From Gnetum montanum (taxonomy: Eukaryota; Plantae; Gnetophyta): a stretch of DNA of 64,000 bases. Location of the stretch: NCBI GenBank assembly GCA_015680685.1, contig MNCI01000593.1, forward strand, positions 92,570 through 156,569, written 5' to 3'. Numbering within the stretch: the stretch's first letter is position 1; each line of letters starts with the position of its first letter. Position numbers and translations under genes: made by a program. Under the pieces are notes generated by a model. It searched no databases and had not been told where the DNA came from. It saw only the letters and a list, made by a program, of their open reading frames with translations. Below are positions 35,334 through 50,700 of this stretch, piece by piece.

Positions 35334-38300
35334 TGGCTTCAAATAAAGATGTATCGTCACTTGCCAAAGAGACAAAAAGAGGCAATGATAGAATCAATGA
35401 CAAAGAAGAATGGAGTATGCCAATGCAAGCAAGGATATCATATGCTCATCATGATCCTTCTATCCTAACTTTACTTTCATGTTTTACCAGGATGGGCAAC
35501 TAAGGTGGAGAGATCCTCAAGGTAACATTGTTCTACCTCCAAAGCGCTCAACACCCATCGTGATTCAAACAACTTTAAGGGACATAATTCTAAGTAAGAG
35601 ACTTGACAGGTATCATGTGATCAAACACATGACAAGGCCCTATCAACCCACTAAGGAGGAAGTAAAGAGAGATGTTGCCATGGAGATTAAACATGTCCAT
35701 AATAAAGGAAAGTAGGTCAACTCTTTTGTTGTCTTAGAAGAGCTTGATGGTGATACATTCATCATTGAACAACTCCACCAAAATCATGAAGTCCATTTGC
35801 AAACACCTATCATCCGATTGGAGGAACATGTCAAAGTTCAATTGCATTCCACTTTAGCAGAGACACCTAAGAGGAAGGAAATTAACTCAAAGTATAGGCA
35901 TGACTCAGGCCAAGAGTTTTTGTTGGATCTCAAAGAGAAGAATATTAGAGTCATGGAAGGAGGACAAGTTGACACTGTTCTCCTATTGCCTCATCCTCAT
36001 CCTTACGATCATCAGTAGAATCTGATAGGAGAAGGCCAAGGCACCAAGATCATGATAGGGAGAAAGGAAGGACTCATGATCATCATGACTATTTCCTAAG
36101 GCATTCAAATGAGGAAGATGAAGACTATGAATGAAGAAGACATTAGGATAGGAGAGAAGACCGAGAACGACATGAGCACTAAAGGGGGTACCAGTACAAC
36201 AGAGCTCATGAATCCAATAATGATGATGAACCCCTATTGGCTACTTGAAGCATGATAAACATCAAGGAAGTTGTTTATATTTTGACCAGGAACATTAGGG
36301 ATAGCCATATTAAACAACTAGATATGAATAACATGCTTAGATTTGAGGGTGGTTATAATGTTGATCCTCAACACCACCTTCAAGCATTCCATGATGCCTG
36401 TGTCTTATAGAATATTGAGAGCGATTAGCCGAAATTGAAGTTATTTCCATAGACACTCATGAAAGATGTTGATAGTAGGTATATATTCCTTGAACTTGAA
36501 TCAATCAGATGATGGAGCACTATGCTAGAACCTTTCAACAATAAATATCAAATTTATTCTCATGTGTTCAACTTACAAAAACAAATCCAAGGATGGAAGC
36601 AAGGGATCTATGAATCCTTTGATGTAGTAATGGGTAGGTATTATTTGCTACTACACAAGTGCCTAGGCCATGTCTTTTCCCAGTAGGAAAAATTGAGGCA
36701 CAATTGTTAACAGGCTTTGAAATAAGACCAGAGAGACCCTTGGGGTTTATGCCCAAGGACAATTGTCTAAAATTTCTATCCATTAGATAAAATAATTGAT
36801 TGACCAAGTGGCAAAGGAGGAAGGATAATTAAGGAAAAGAGAAATAGTGGAAGAACATAATAGAGATCCATCTATTAGAAAGAGGGATGCAAGAGTTTGT
36901 GACACATAAGAAGAAGAAACCTTGGATCAGGTAATTCAAAAGAAAACTCTACCTATCCAGAAATATGTCACTGACATTGCAGCAAAGGTAGAGAAGATGT
37001 GGGACTTAGTTGATGAAAAATTTGCAATAGCATTGAAGATTGTGGAGAAGCGAATAGAGCAAGCCTTTGAAAAAGGTAGGGACAAGAAAAAGAAAAGATA
37101 ATTTGAATGGAAGGGCAAAGTAGCTTCAGTGGCTGAGTGTTCAGACACAAGCTCCGAAGATGAGAAATGATGTATCATATGTTAATATGAACATCCCAAG
37201 GGATGTTGTCCTACAATGGCACACTTACAAGAGATGAGGACATATGCACTTAACCCCAAATTTGTCAAGAAACAGATGCCCTAAAGGTTACCTTTCCCTC
37301 AGGGTAACTATAGGCAAAACTTCCAATCCACGTACTCTCCCAGTGGAGCTTACCCGTAACCACAAGAGCAATGCTATTAGTAGTGGTAACAACCCCAATC
37401 GTGGGCCATCCCACCACCATGGCAATAATATCCATATCAGTAGCCAGACCCATATGGATACTACATACAATATCCAATATCTCCTGGTAATGCCATAGTT
37501 TAGACTCCACAATATTATCCCACTAAGTACCATATACCAACACTACCAAGAATAGATTCAAACTTGTACATGCATCCATCCACAATTGGTTCTTCCAATC
37601 AACATCCAAATCCTCTCCCACTAGTACCACCTCTTGTCATGTAGGGGGAACTACCATCACAACCATAACTAAAAAATGCAACATGGATGATCAATATGTA
37701 GGAGGATGTGATCACGTGCAAACCACAATCTAGAAAACAACTGCTCTTCCAAATGAGTCTCGAAAAGTTTCAAAGAATGGAGATCACATCTACTTCCATC
37801 CATCCACATCCAATCCTCCAAAGAATAACAAACTTTCCTCTTCATTGAATCCCAATGTAACCATTGTCATGCTTACTTAAACAATCACCCATTAGATAAA
37901 GGTAGGAGTCCTTCAATGGAAGTGAATAGATTTGGGAAGTCCCTTAGTTTACCTTCAAGTAGCAGGGTAGAAACCATGCAAGGATCTACTTGATTCCGAG
38001 TCAAGGGTAAATCTGATCTCACAAAACATGTATCAAACCTGGAATCTTTCACCATTAAAGAAGAGCAACATTTGGTTAGAGCTTGTAGACCAATCAATCA
38101 CGATTCCACTAGGATAGGTGGATGATGTGATTACAACCATCAGTGGCTAGTCATACCCTACAAATTTTTTGGTAATTCATGTAGGTAAAAATAAGGGAGA
38201 GTTCCTAATCATCACGAGAAGAGCTTGGATTAGCACTATTGATGCTAAGCTTGGTATACGAGACATGTCCTTGGAAATTTCCAAGGAAGATGAAGCTGGT

Positions 38301-41300
38301 ATCATACAGAGCTGTAGAATTCCATGTATTGCATATAATGATAATGGATGCAATTGCACATAGAGGATATGGACCATCAAATAAAAAAATACCAAGGCAT
38401 GCAATAAATGTATAGAGGAGATATGTGTGCAAAAGTGTTTGTATGCAGTAGCCACATAGCAAGAGGGCACCTAGTGGTTGATCATCGATGAAGAAATTGA
38501 ATCTAATAAGTACATGGACCATTAGATCAAATTGTTAGTACCTACATTGAAGAAGCTAATAAGCTAGAGTAATTAAGGAGAAGGAACTCCTACCCATAGA
38601 TAAGTTAAAAATAAGAAATAGACTAGGGACAATTAGAGATTCTAGACACTATGAAGCTAGAACTGTTGGAATTAAAAGCCCTACTGGAAACATTGGAATA
38701 TGCTTTCTTAAACAATAAGAAGTTGGTAATAATCAATGCTAACGTAAAGAAAGAACAAAAGAAGAAGTTGCTAGAAGTAGTTAACAAGTGATCCATAACA
38801 TTTGCATGGTCTTATAATGAGATCAACATAATTAATATGAGGATTTGTCAACATCAGATATATATTGATCACATAATCAAACCATTACACCAACCTCAAA
38901 GAAGGCTTAATCATAAAATGAAAGAAGTAGTCAAGTAGGAGTTGGAGAAATTACTAAAGGTAGGATTCATCTATCTTATTGTGGATAGTGAATGGGTTAG
39001 TCCTTTAGTAATTGTTTCAAAGAAGATGGGCAAATGACAAGTCTACACTAATTTTCAAATGTTGAATGTTGCATTTAAGGATCACTTCCTTATGCCATTT
39101 GTTGACTAGGTCCTGGATACCATCACAAGACATGAGTACTACATTTTTTTGGATAGATACAGTGAATATAATTAGATCCACATTGCATCTAAAGACTAGG
39201 AGAAAATGATGTTCACCAGTTCATGGAAAATATTTGCCTACAAGCAGATGCTCTTTTGTCTTTGCAATGCACCACCCACTTTCCAAAGATTAGTACTAAG
39301 TATCTTCTAGAAATAGATTGGAAATGGTGTTGGGGTGTTCATGGATGATTACTTAACATATGAACTAGACTTCAAACAGGCATTGGATCAGCTAGAGCAG
39401 GTACTAAAAAGATGTGTGGGAACTACTCTCAAGCTCAACTGGTAGAAAGGTATTAAAGTAGATCTTGAAAAAATTCAGGTCATACAGAATATCACCCAAA
39501 GGCCATAGACAGTTAAGGATGTCAAATCATTTTTGGGCCATACATGATATTACCAAAGATTTATTGAAAATTGTTCAAAGATAGCAAAACCACTAGTGGA
39601 AATAACTAAGAAAGATTCATCTTTTGAATGGACAGAATCATGCAAAAAGACATTTGAAAGTCTAAAATTGAAACTAATCTAGACACTAATCCTTCAAGGT
39701 TTGGATTGGTCTAGCCCTTTTCACATTATGATCGATGCTTCCAAGTATGTGCTTGGTGTAGTATTAACATAACTAGATGATTAGAAGAGACCTTATTATA
39801 TACATTGTACTGGTAAAAGCATCAGTGGGGCATAATTGAACTACACCACAATAGAAAAGGAGTGATGGATATGGTGTACGTGCTTGAGAAGTTTAGACAT
39901 TATGTGCTCAGGTATCAAATTTATGTCCATACTGATCATAGTGCCATCTAATTTCTCATGAATAAACCAATGGTCAATCCCAAGATGATAAGATGGCTTA
40001 TTATCTTGCAAGAATTCAACATCACGATGATCACTGAAAAGGACATAGAAAATGTGGTAGTTGATCATCTATTAAGGCTAAAGTGGAATGCCCAAGATCA
40101 AGTAGAACCTTTATCTAACCAGTTCCTTGATGAGAACATGTTTAGTAAAATAGTGAAGGCTATAAATTCAATAGGGAAGCCATGGAAAACCGAATATCTA
40201 ACTTATCTATCAACACAAGAGCTTCATGTTGATTGGAGTAAGGAACAACGAGAGCAATTCCTTCATAGAGAAAAATGATATATGGAAATTAATGATAATC
40301 TGTACAAGATTTGTGCAAATGAGCTAGTCAGATGGTGTGTGCTAGAATGTGATCAACCAAGGATATCACAAGATGCTCATAAAGGTCCATGTGGTGGCCA
40401 CTATGTGGGATGTAGAACAACACTTAAGCTAATAATGGTAGGCTACTTTTGGCCTACATTTTTTAGAGATGCCCATAATTTTTTGCAATCTTGTAAATAA
40501 TGCCAAAGGGATGGAGGAATTATGACCAGATATGAAGGGCCACAACATTGGATACAACCACTTAAGCCATTTTATAGATGGGAAATTGATTTAATGGAAT
40601 CCATAACACCAATGTCGAATGGGAAAGTGTACATGATTGTGACTATGGATTATTGTACAAAATGGATAGAGGCTGCTGTAGTAAAAGACTGTATAGCAAA
40701 GACAACTACCAAATTCTTCCAACAGCAAGTGCTGAATCAATTTGGAGTACCGAGAATGCTCGTATCAGATAATGGGGCTCACTTCAATAGTGCCACATTC
40801 CAAAAACTTGAGCAACAACTTGGGGTGAATTGTAAGTTGACAAGACCATATCATCCCCAAGAAACTAGTTAAGTCGAAGTGACTAATTGAGAGATTACTA
40901 GGATGCTCACTAGGATGGTTAGTAGATTTAGAAAAGACTGGAGCACCAAACTAAATGATTCTCTATGGGCCTATAGGATGACATGGAAATTACCTATAGG
41001 ATACTCACCATATGAGTTAGTTTATAGTAAGTTACCAATGCTCCCAATCTAGGTAGAGCTCCACACTTTAGCTACTTCCAGTCAACTTGATATTGATTTG
41101 AGCTTAGTCCAACAAGAACGCCTCATGAATCTAAATATCTTAGACAAAAATAATCTTGTAGCACTCATGAACAATGAAGTCCACAAATGTTACTCCAAAC
41201 TTAGGCATGATACACGGATAAGGAAAGTGACTATACAATTGGGTGATAAGGTCCTTTACTATAATCCTAATCATTTACCCCAAAAGCCACATTTTAGACA

Positions 41301-41420
41301 CTTTGGAAGGGACCATACATTGTTCAAGCCACTTATCCATCATGTGCCTTTCATATCTACCACCCATCCTATCTACAGAAGCTCATTCTTGCTAACACCC
41401 AACAAGTCAAATTCTACTAT
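35334..41420 (+). pseudogene. Degenerate gag-pol (gag, PR, RT, RNase H, integrase)
   Basis: DPQHHL/KLFP gag; WVSPLVIV, KDHF.MPF and FMDD RT; DASKY and NYTTIEKE RNase H; CGGHY, GYFWPT, DYCTKWIEA, SDNGAHF and PYHPQ integrase. Confidence 0.9.
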
Positions 41421-43699
41421 GAATATCCTAAGGAATCTACTTAATTTTCCCAATAGTCTTCTACCTATTCTTTCTTTCATTTGAATGATCCTAATGATAA
41501 TCATGGGGGTGTCCTTTTGGACGTGCAAGCACTTTATTGAATGTTGTACTTTATTGAATTTTTCACTTTCCTTTACATTTTTACATTTCTTGATACATTT
41601 TTACTTTTATATTTTCTAATTTCTTAATAAATTCTTAATTCTTTAACATTTTTCTATTCTTTACTAATTTTTCTATTCTTTCCATCTTTTCATTCTTACT
41701 ATTTTTACAATCTTTCATACTTTGTTTTCATTTTACTTGTACATATTTTTTTTTTAAAATTTTAATGAAACACCAAGAATAAGGTGTGATGTAGTCACAA
41801 ATAAGGTGAAGATTTTGCTATGTTATTGATTCATACGGAACTGATTGTTTCTACAGTGTGATCACAACATCCATCCATCAATTCCAATAATAAGAGGATC
41901 TTACCATGGCCATAATGATATTCTTTCTCATCATAAAACTAAGAATAAACTTTTGATCATTATGCCTGGATAGAAAAGTGAAGAACTAAGGGGGTATGTA
42001 AAGGGTGTGACATCAAGGGGATTTGTGGAATCTCTTGGACCATTACTATATGTTCTATATGTTGTTAAGGTTGTAATTATATTCTTATAGATCTAATGAA
42101 AAATGGGAGTACGGGTACAATAAGTGTTGTTGTACCATGTATGAAGGTAGTCCTCTACTAAGGTTGACATAGATAAAAATAAAAATTATGCACAAAATAA
42201 ATTCCCAAGGGTCCCACTAGAAAGACATGTTACCCATGCCTAAAGATAGGTGACTTCTCAAGAATTTCAAAAATATAATCAAGTGCAATGCATAAACTCT
42301 TCCCTTGGACAAAACGCCAAGTGATGATACTCCTTACAACTGTGATAGTCTTATGGTTGTGCATTTGAGAGGTAAAGTGATGTGATGTCCCTAGACAATG
42401 GTCTAGACTTGGTTTGGAACTTGGAAAAAAAGGCTAATGATTTCTTTAATCACCAATAACACATAAGAATTCATTATGCCTATAGTAAGACACCTCACGT
42501 CTTGATTTCTACAATCCCTTTTAAGTCCATCTCATCTCACTGTATGATTAATCATGAATTGTGGTTTTGTATAGCATAGCATAATTTTCCAACTTGGTAC
42601 TACTAACATGTGCATTTTGCAAGATAGGTATGCATTACATTCAACTCCTTAAGTGCCTACAGACACTTTGTGGTGTGGTTATGTAAGGGCACTAAGGGCT
42701 AGAGCTTGCTTTGGGGAGAACCCACTTGTGTAACTCTTGTATTTCATACTTGACAAATAATACCACATCATATTGAGCCTTCTACGAACAATAAGTATCA
42801 ATAAATACTTCCCTTAACATCTAATAACTCCATTTAACATCTAAACATTCATGTCTTTCTCATCTATCTTATACACACTTAATAAACTTTCGTAGCCTGA
42901 GATTCCCTTATCATAGACTTTCAATAGTTATTGTTTACAATTGGAGCATCATATCCATTCCACGACCATCTAGACATGCTTCCTATCTTCCAAACATTTG
43001 TTTTGACTCACTCTTTTCCCAAAAAGTCCAAGGAAAATTTGAAAATTTCAATGGTGATATCGTAGCTACAATATTAGATTGCCTACGATATCATATGTAT
43101 AATATATGATCTATGATATTGTGCATATAAAACAGTATATATAGCATAGGTGAGTTGGAAAAATTTTTCATTTCTCATTTTCATAAGAAGGGAGTTGTTG
43201 CCATTTTTTTTCTTTGCAACCAAGAGTTCTCACATTGTAACTTCCAACACTCATAACTTAACCCTTGTAGCTCCAATTTTAGAAATTCGTGAACCTTATT
43301 GATCATAAGGCTCTCAACTTAGTCATTAGAAGGAGGAGGGGAAATGGTGTACTTTGCGTGATATCACTACAATTTGAGTTAGAATTTTTTAATGCCCAAA
43401 AGGTATCATAAGGATACATACAAAAGGGAAAACAAAAATTTTAAAGTTAATCAATCATAATAAAGATTCAATAAGACTCCTAAGGTACCATACTAACTAT
43501 TTAGGCCATAAAGAAGAGAAAAATTGACAACTATAAAGGGTTATACAAGAAATAACACTTTAAGGGGTTTCTTTTTTAAAATGTTTCTAACTCTGCAATC
43601 ATGATAAGCTAAGAACTTGATCTAACTAAGGGTACGAGTAAGAAAAAGAGCTATTAAGAATTGGTGTAAACATCTTAATAATTTTCAAATCCTTGATGA

Positions 43700-44909
43700 T
43701 TGCAAACGGCCTCGAAAAGAGAGCAAGTAAGAGAACAAAAGGCCATGGAAGGGGCTAAACTGGGGAACAAGCCTTGCAAGAAAAAATATGTAGAGTAGGA
43801 GGCATAATCTTTCAGCATTTATCAAGAAACTCTTGTCACAGAGAAATCTGCCCAAATAGAGGCAGAGGTTTCACCAGTGCCAGAACAAGGACAACAACTC
43901 ATGCTATCATTTGAATGCCTTTAAGCTATTTAGGAGAAATCCATCGTGTCTACCATGATTGTTGAGCTCAACTTTGGCCCATTCATGGCGTTTGCCCCAA
44001 ATACTATTAAGACCCAACTCTGGTAATCTCCCTTGTGGTCCACTTTAATAAGTGGAGATGGTACTTAGGAGGGACACTCCAATTTTGGATGAACAAACAA
44101 GCATATGCTACAGTCAAAATTGAAGGAGTCTTAGTATCCTATTCCATTAAGGTGATCGCTGGAGCCTTGAATATACCCAATGAAGGGGGCAAAAGTGGCA
44201 CAACTATCAGTAGATCTGACATAGATGCAAAGAAGTCATGGTTGCAGCAAGTGTACAAGAAAGATGATAAAGATTATAGTGAGATGACCCTAGAAGAGAA
44301 AATCTATTTTAAAATTGGCACATACCACATGTTTCCCACAAAAATATTGAACAAAATTTCAACATATGTAGCTAAAGGAAGTGTGATCTTAATGGGAAAT
44401 TTAATGTAAATATCGCACACCTCTACTTCATGGAAATCTAAAGGCAGTTCAAGGAGAAGAAGGCATAGAAATTAACACTTCATTTCCCTTACCTTATCAA
44501 GAAGCTATGTAAACAAGTTGGCATTCAAGGGTACAAAAATGATGTCCTCAAGAAAGCATAGAATGCCTCATATGCTAAAATGATCAAGTCAGTACCTTGA
44601 AAGAAGGATCAAGTGGAGAAACAAATAAGCACTAAGGAAAACACTCAAACTAGTGAGCAATAATAGCAAGCAAGACACAGTGGCCAGCAACAAGAGCAAC
44701 AACAATAACAACAGTAAGAACAATAGTAGCAACAAGTTCCAACACCACTGCCACAAGATTATAGGCCTTTAAGGAGTCATCTATAACAAATTGTAGAGAC
44801 TATTAGTTGGGGAACACACGAGAAGGAAAATCTTTATAAGATCATTGACAGTGCCATTCAATTAATTATTTCCATAGACCTTGCCAATGGCTAAATCTTA
44901 TTGCAGTTA
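43700..44909 (+). pseudogene. Athila extra ('env-like') ORF, 5' part, Transposase_32-like domain
   Basis: KW..YL..QFWMN..VKIEGVLVSYSIKVIAGALNIPNEG, then FPYLIKKLCKQVGI, then a Gln-rich tract. Confidence 0.65.
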
Positions 44910-46422
44910 TGAAACACCACAAAAATTTGCATGTTATAGTCAATTTTCATCATGTAGTTTTCATCCCATAAAACCTAAGGCAAAATTCATTGTAAATGTA
45001 AAGATTGTAATCCATAGTGGGAAATTTCAAATACTTTATACTTTTGGGATTGAAATATACCTCATGAGTGGCCAAAGCCTCATTCCCCAAGTGAAAAAAG
45101 TCACATAGTGTTTATATTTAGGCTTGGGGGTGGGGGGTAGTGGGAGTTTCCAAAAATGCCTTTTGGAATGCCAAAATGGTAATTTGATGGGTTTTATGAG
45201 GGGTATACATTTTTCTATGCTAGAAACACTTGCACGGCTGTATATCTCACCTAACCCCAGCATGGGCAGGTTAGGGATTTTCCCTCATCTTGGAAACTCT
45301 CCCCCCACACCCCCCAACATAAAGGCTACATGCTCAGCTTGGAAACCTTCTTCCATCAATATGGAAGTTTTTCCCCAGTGTGGAAATTGCATCCCCCTAT
45401 CATGGAAGCCACAAAAGTCAAATTTCAACACTTCATGCACTCCAACATTGACCAGCCATGTCTGTAAGCTTGGTGGAGAGCTCAATGTGGAAGATTCATC
45501 TCTAGCATGGAAGGTGTGCCCCAATTACTATTTATAGTAAATAGAATGGCCATGGGGAGAAGGCACTTACTATATATGGTAATCCCCTAATTTTGGGCAC
45601 CCATTTCACATGAACAAGAAAGAAATTTGTAGGAATTTGGTAGAAAATTTACAGCCATTGTGTAGCCAAATTACAGGCAAATCATAGCCATTTTTTAGCC
45701 TCATTCATGGCCTAACACCTATAAAAACTAGCCTCCAACATCATTTATAGGTTCCAAAATTTTTCACGGTTCAATACTTTGGTAGTTCCACACTTTTTCA
45801 ATGCAAGAGGATTACCATTAGTTACATAATTGAACAATTTGTTCATATTTTTACACTTGGGCATTTTCAAGAACTCAAGATTTCTTGCAAGTTTCCACAA
45901 TTGTATCCTCTTGAATCCTTTGTAGAAACCTTGTGAAACTATGAGCTTGTAACTCCCTTTGGGATTTGTGAGTTTCCAAGCTCTACGTTGCACTCTTGGG
46001 GTTTCCAACTCCTAGTGTAGAGCACTTAGGCAACTTGGATTCTTTACATCTCTCAACCCTCACCATAGCCAACATTACAGATTTGAGATTGCAACATCGG
46101 AGTTTGATAGCATCGAAAGTGGAAGGACATTTGGATCGTGGAGTTGACTGTATCAACTTCAATGGACCTTGAACCCTCGTCCAAGTGAACCCCCTTACTA
46201 CCCAATTAGGCACCATTTGTATACATTTCTCTAACTTATGATTTAGTTTTTCTTAATAAAGTTTTAAGTTTTGAATTTTGTGTGCAAGGTATATTTTTTT
46301 ATTTTCTGTGCATTATTTAGATCTATTATCCATTTTTTCATTCCATTTCATTACACTATTTTGCAAACCCTCCAAGTCCTTGGTTGATCTACTAGATTAG
46401 CCAGGGCACCTCGAATCTCACA
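44910..46422 (+). repeat. 5' LTR (~1.5 kb) of the Tat/Ogre-like element
   Basis: TGAAACACC...CTCACA termini, TATA-like CCTATAAAA at 45718, followed by the PBS-like motif. Confidence 0.75.
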
Positions 46423-47769
46423 TTTTTGTGGAGACCTTGGGGATCTAAGGTTGAGGACTATTGTGCACTAGATCCGTTAGTCTTCATTCCAGTGATTGAA
46501 TTTTCTGGTAGCAACAATTTTCTTGGCACTAGAAGGAGGACCTTCACCCAATTTCTATGCCAAAATTTGTTAGCCATATTACCAACATTATTTCCTAGTA
46601 CTAAATTTGCATTTTTTACAGCCAAAACCTTGGAAATTCAACGCTATCCTTACCCTCCCTACAGTAGAAATCCCAACGTGGAAGTTTCAAGTCATTTAGG
46701 TGTTGTAATTTCACAACACCTGCTGTGAATTTTTAGAACAAAGCCAATGTGGAAGCCTTAACAACCATTTAATTTTTGCTACCACAATTTTTACAAAACC
46801 AATGTTGGTTTCCATGCCAACCAAACCTACTTTCCCCTTTTTTTGTGGTAAAAGTTGGCAACTTGCCAAAATAATTTTTGGAAACTGCCAGGTTTCCATT
46901 TTGGCCTTCAAACTTTTTCCCCTCTCTCCAATGTTGAAATAGAAGGAGTGAGATTTCCTTTATCTCATCCTTGTTTCCCTTCTTGCCATACCGAACCTGG
47001 AAGCAATTCCAAGGCCAACATGGGAAGGGCTTAACACCAGCTTTTCCAAAGCCAACATTGTAAATTAAAAGCCTTTTTCCATATTTTTGTAGCCAAAGCT
47101 CCCAAAAGATCAGCGCTGCCCCTTCTCCCCTATGATTAAAATTGTAGTGTGGAAGTTGCAGGTGGTTGGATGGTGGCTTTTCACAATAACTACTATGATT
47201 TTTTTAGCCCCAAAGACACCATTTAAACCTTTCCCCTTTTTCTTTTTTGCTACTAATTTCAATCTTTTTTTGCTTCTAAAGTTGGTGGTGCAACCCTTCT
47301 GAAAACTACCAAACTTTTAGAAGTTAACTTTCCCCTCATTTTTCCAAGTTGAGAAAATTGGTAGCCTGCCAAGACCATTTTTTTATGGAAGAAACACCAA
47401 CTTTCCACTTTGGTCTTCAACCTTCCCCTCATCAATGTTGAGTTAGAAGGTGTGCAATTCCCATCATCTTATTCCCCTTCTTTCCCCCCTTGCCATACCC
47501 AGCGTAGAGGTAGTTGGAAGGCTAACTTGGATCACACTTGATACCAACGTTTGTAGTTTTTCATTTTTAGTAAAAGGGTAAGCCCCCTTTACTAATTTTA
47601 GTAAGTACTATATTTTTAGCTATTTTTGCTTCCTGTTAAACATTGTTAAATTCCATTCACTGGAATTTAATTTTATTCTATCATTTATAGCCCATTTTAA
47701 GCCATTTTCAATAAAAGAGCCATGTCTTTCCAAAAATCCACTAAATTGCCCCTCACCCTCCAATAAGCC

Positions 47770-50700
47770 ATGAGGGTCTATGACCCCAAAGACAATGCCA
47801 TCATCGAATGGAGGTGATCTTTGAGGGTCAAAGGGGAAAGTCCCAACTTTACCTCCATAAATGAAGCTTGTTATAATTACATTTGCACCAAAATACAAGT
47901 TGATGTCATGATTCCACATGTGGAAATTTGAGCTCATACATCGAGATGAAAAAGAGTATATCCCTTCCCCGGATGACCAAATACCTCTAACTGATGTTTA
48001 TGTCAACATCCTAGCTCAATTGATCACGATGGAAGAGGAAGATGACAAGCATATATTAGAAAAACAACAAGAGGAGGAGGATGAATTTAGGATAGAATCT
48101 GAGCCCAAAAACATCCTGGGAGGATTGTTCCAACAAACATCCCCCAAGGTCACAGTGCCTTCCTCTAACACTTTTGTTTTCTCCATGGAAATGGTGCCAC
48201 CATCTTACACTCCTTACCCTACCATGGCTAGTCCCACATTGGTCATAGCCGTACATCAAACTCAATCAACATGACAACCAATAATCTATATACCATCTAT
48301 GCCATTTACCACACAACCTCAATTTGTGCAACCATCAATGGTGGTTTTTACCACCATAAATCCATTAACTACCTATACAGGATCCACCATGGGACCTTAA
48401 GAAACTCACGGGTCATACACCTCCTTTGTCCCATTTGTGCCTCAAGTACTAACATAAACATCCTTTTCCTTGTTTGGTCCACAAGCTACAACCATGACAC
48501 AACCTCTTTCTTTCATCCTACAACCCATAGTGAGACCACAAGCCTCACACATGATGCCACAACCTTATGTGCAAACTCGACAACCAACTAGGCCACCACA
48601 AGGCTTGGATCAAGCCTTCTAGATGATCCAAGACCTGACAAAGGAGTTGAAAAGGCTTAAAGCCTCTACCTCACAAACTATCAAGTTTATGGACTTCTAC
48701 CAGGAAGATCCCATAAGTCCTATAGTCCCACCCTTGACACGTCCTTCTGGTGTCCCTATTCCATAATTTAGCAAATATAATGAAGAAGGTGATCCTAATG
48801 CTCACCTTATTACTTTTTGATTTGAATGCCTACTATTACAACCATGACCTCGTACAATCATGAGGATTTTTCCTATGTCCTTGACTGAGAAAGCACTTGA
48901 TTAGTACTACATATTACCCAAAGGATCCATATCCTCTTTAGAGGACTTAGTAGCCTAGTTTTTCAGCTGCTTCAAGTATAACTTGAAGCCTAACACTATG
49001 CTTTACCAACTCATGAAGGTCAAGCAGGTGTCCTTAGAACTCATACAGAAGTTCATCTAGCCATGGAATGGACTAATCAATGAAATAACATAGCCCATAG
49101 CTGAAGCCCATCTTTTGGCCATATTCAATGGAGCAGTTAATGACTTTATTAAGTCCAAACTCTACTACATTGACTTGCAATCCCTCAGCTAGAAATTTTC
49201 TTAAACTAAAAATATAGAAGATGCTGTGGAGGGCAATCAAAATCTAACCTCCATAGCATACAAAATTCAACATACATGGAGATACAAAGAGAAAAGTAAA
49301 CAAAACAATACAACTATAGCAACTACAACCAAAGAAACAAAGATCACAAGCTAGGGGCGAAGGGCCAACCCACCTAACACTCCCATTTATGATGGCAATA
49401 ACCAATCCTTAACCTCTAAGGCTACTACATTGAGAACATCTAGAACTAACTTCAAATGAAAGGACATGTCCAAATACACTACCTTACCTATGAAACCATC
49501 CAAGTTACTAGACCAACTATTAAAGAGTGGGCACATGCAACATAAATAAATGACCGAAGTCGCTCAAAAGAAACATGAGCGGTTATGCGAAATAGTTAAA
49601 GATCCCACTTGAGCAACAAAAGATGATCCCCAACTACCTAGGTACTTTAAACTGGATCATTTATGCCATTATCACCAATTTCCAAGTCATGATGTAGACT
49701 TCTACCTTGCATTGAAGGATGACCTACAGAGGATGATACATAGGGAGCTAGTCTTAGATGCTTCAAACCTAGTTTGACCACAAAACTAGTGGACGCAAGT
49801 CTACAAAGATCTGTTGAATACTAATGACATCCCTTATGTTATTTCAACATTCAACATTGATGACAATTGGAGACTTGCAAGAGAACCATTCGTGATTCAA
49901 GTGTTGTTCTACAATGAAATAGCTTCTTCAACTTCCCACAGCTCAAGATCCCCTTTTATGATAAGAGTATCATCACAAGTGACTTCAAGGAAAACTTTTA
50001 TCATCAAGGTAGCCTAGCCTAACATAACCCAACCTATTGTAGTCCAAACAACTACGCAACAACCACCTATGCTAGCCAATGCTATTACCTCTTCTACACA
50101 ACCAATAGCTAAAAACCAAAAAAATTCAACCAAACAAAGAAAAAAGCATAAGCAAAAGCTTGAAAACAAGGGTGACAAACAGATGGAGGCACAAAAGGAA
50201 GTAAGCCCACTGAAGCCCACTCCCATTTCGGCTATACCCATGACCTCCTCTACCTAACCTAATCTAGCCAACAAGCCATAGGAGGACACCATAGGCCATA
50301 ACTAGAACAACAAGCAAAGGCCTAAACAACCATAACCTGAAGACAAAATTCACATTTTGGGATGCATGGAGAAAGTCAAGTACAACTGGGGCGACAAGCC
50401 CACAAGCAATGATAGAAAATTTCTTAGTGTAATGGAACAAGTCAAGTAATCCCTCAAGTAGAAGAATATAACTTTAAGCCTTTATGACTTAATCATGACT
50501 TTCATCACACATCATGAGGTGTTAGTCAAAATGTTGACTTCCATCCCTATTAGTGAGGACATCCCCTCTAATGAGGAAGCCATCCATGTAGTGATGATTC
50601 CTCCCTTACCAAGGAAGGAGAAGTCAACACCTTTAACATTTTATGATAGAGAAATCAAGGGTAATCCCCAAAATGGTGAAGTAACTATAGCCCCTCTACT

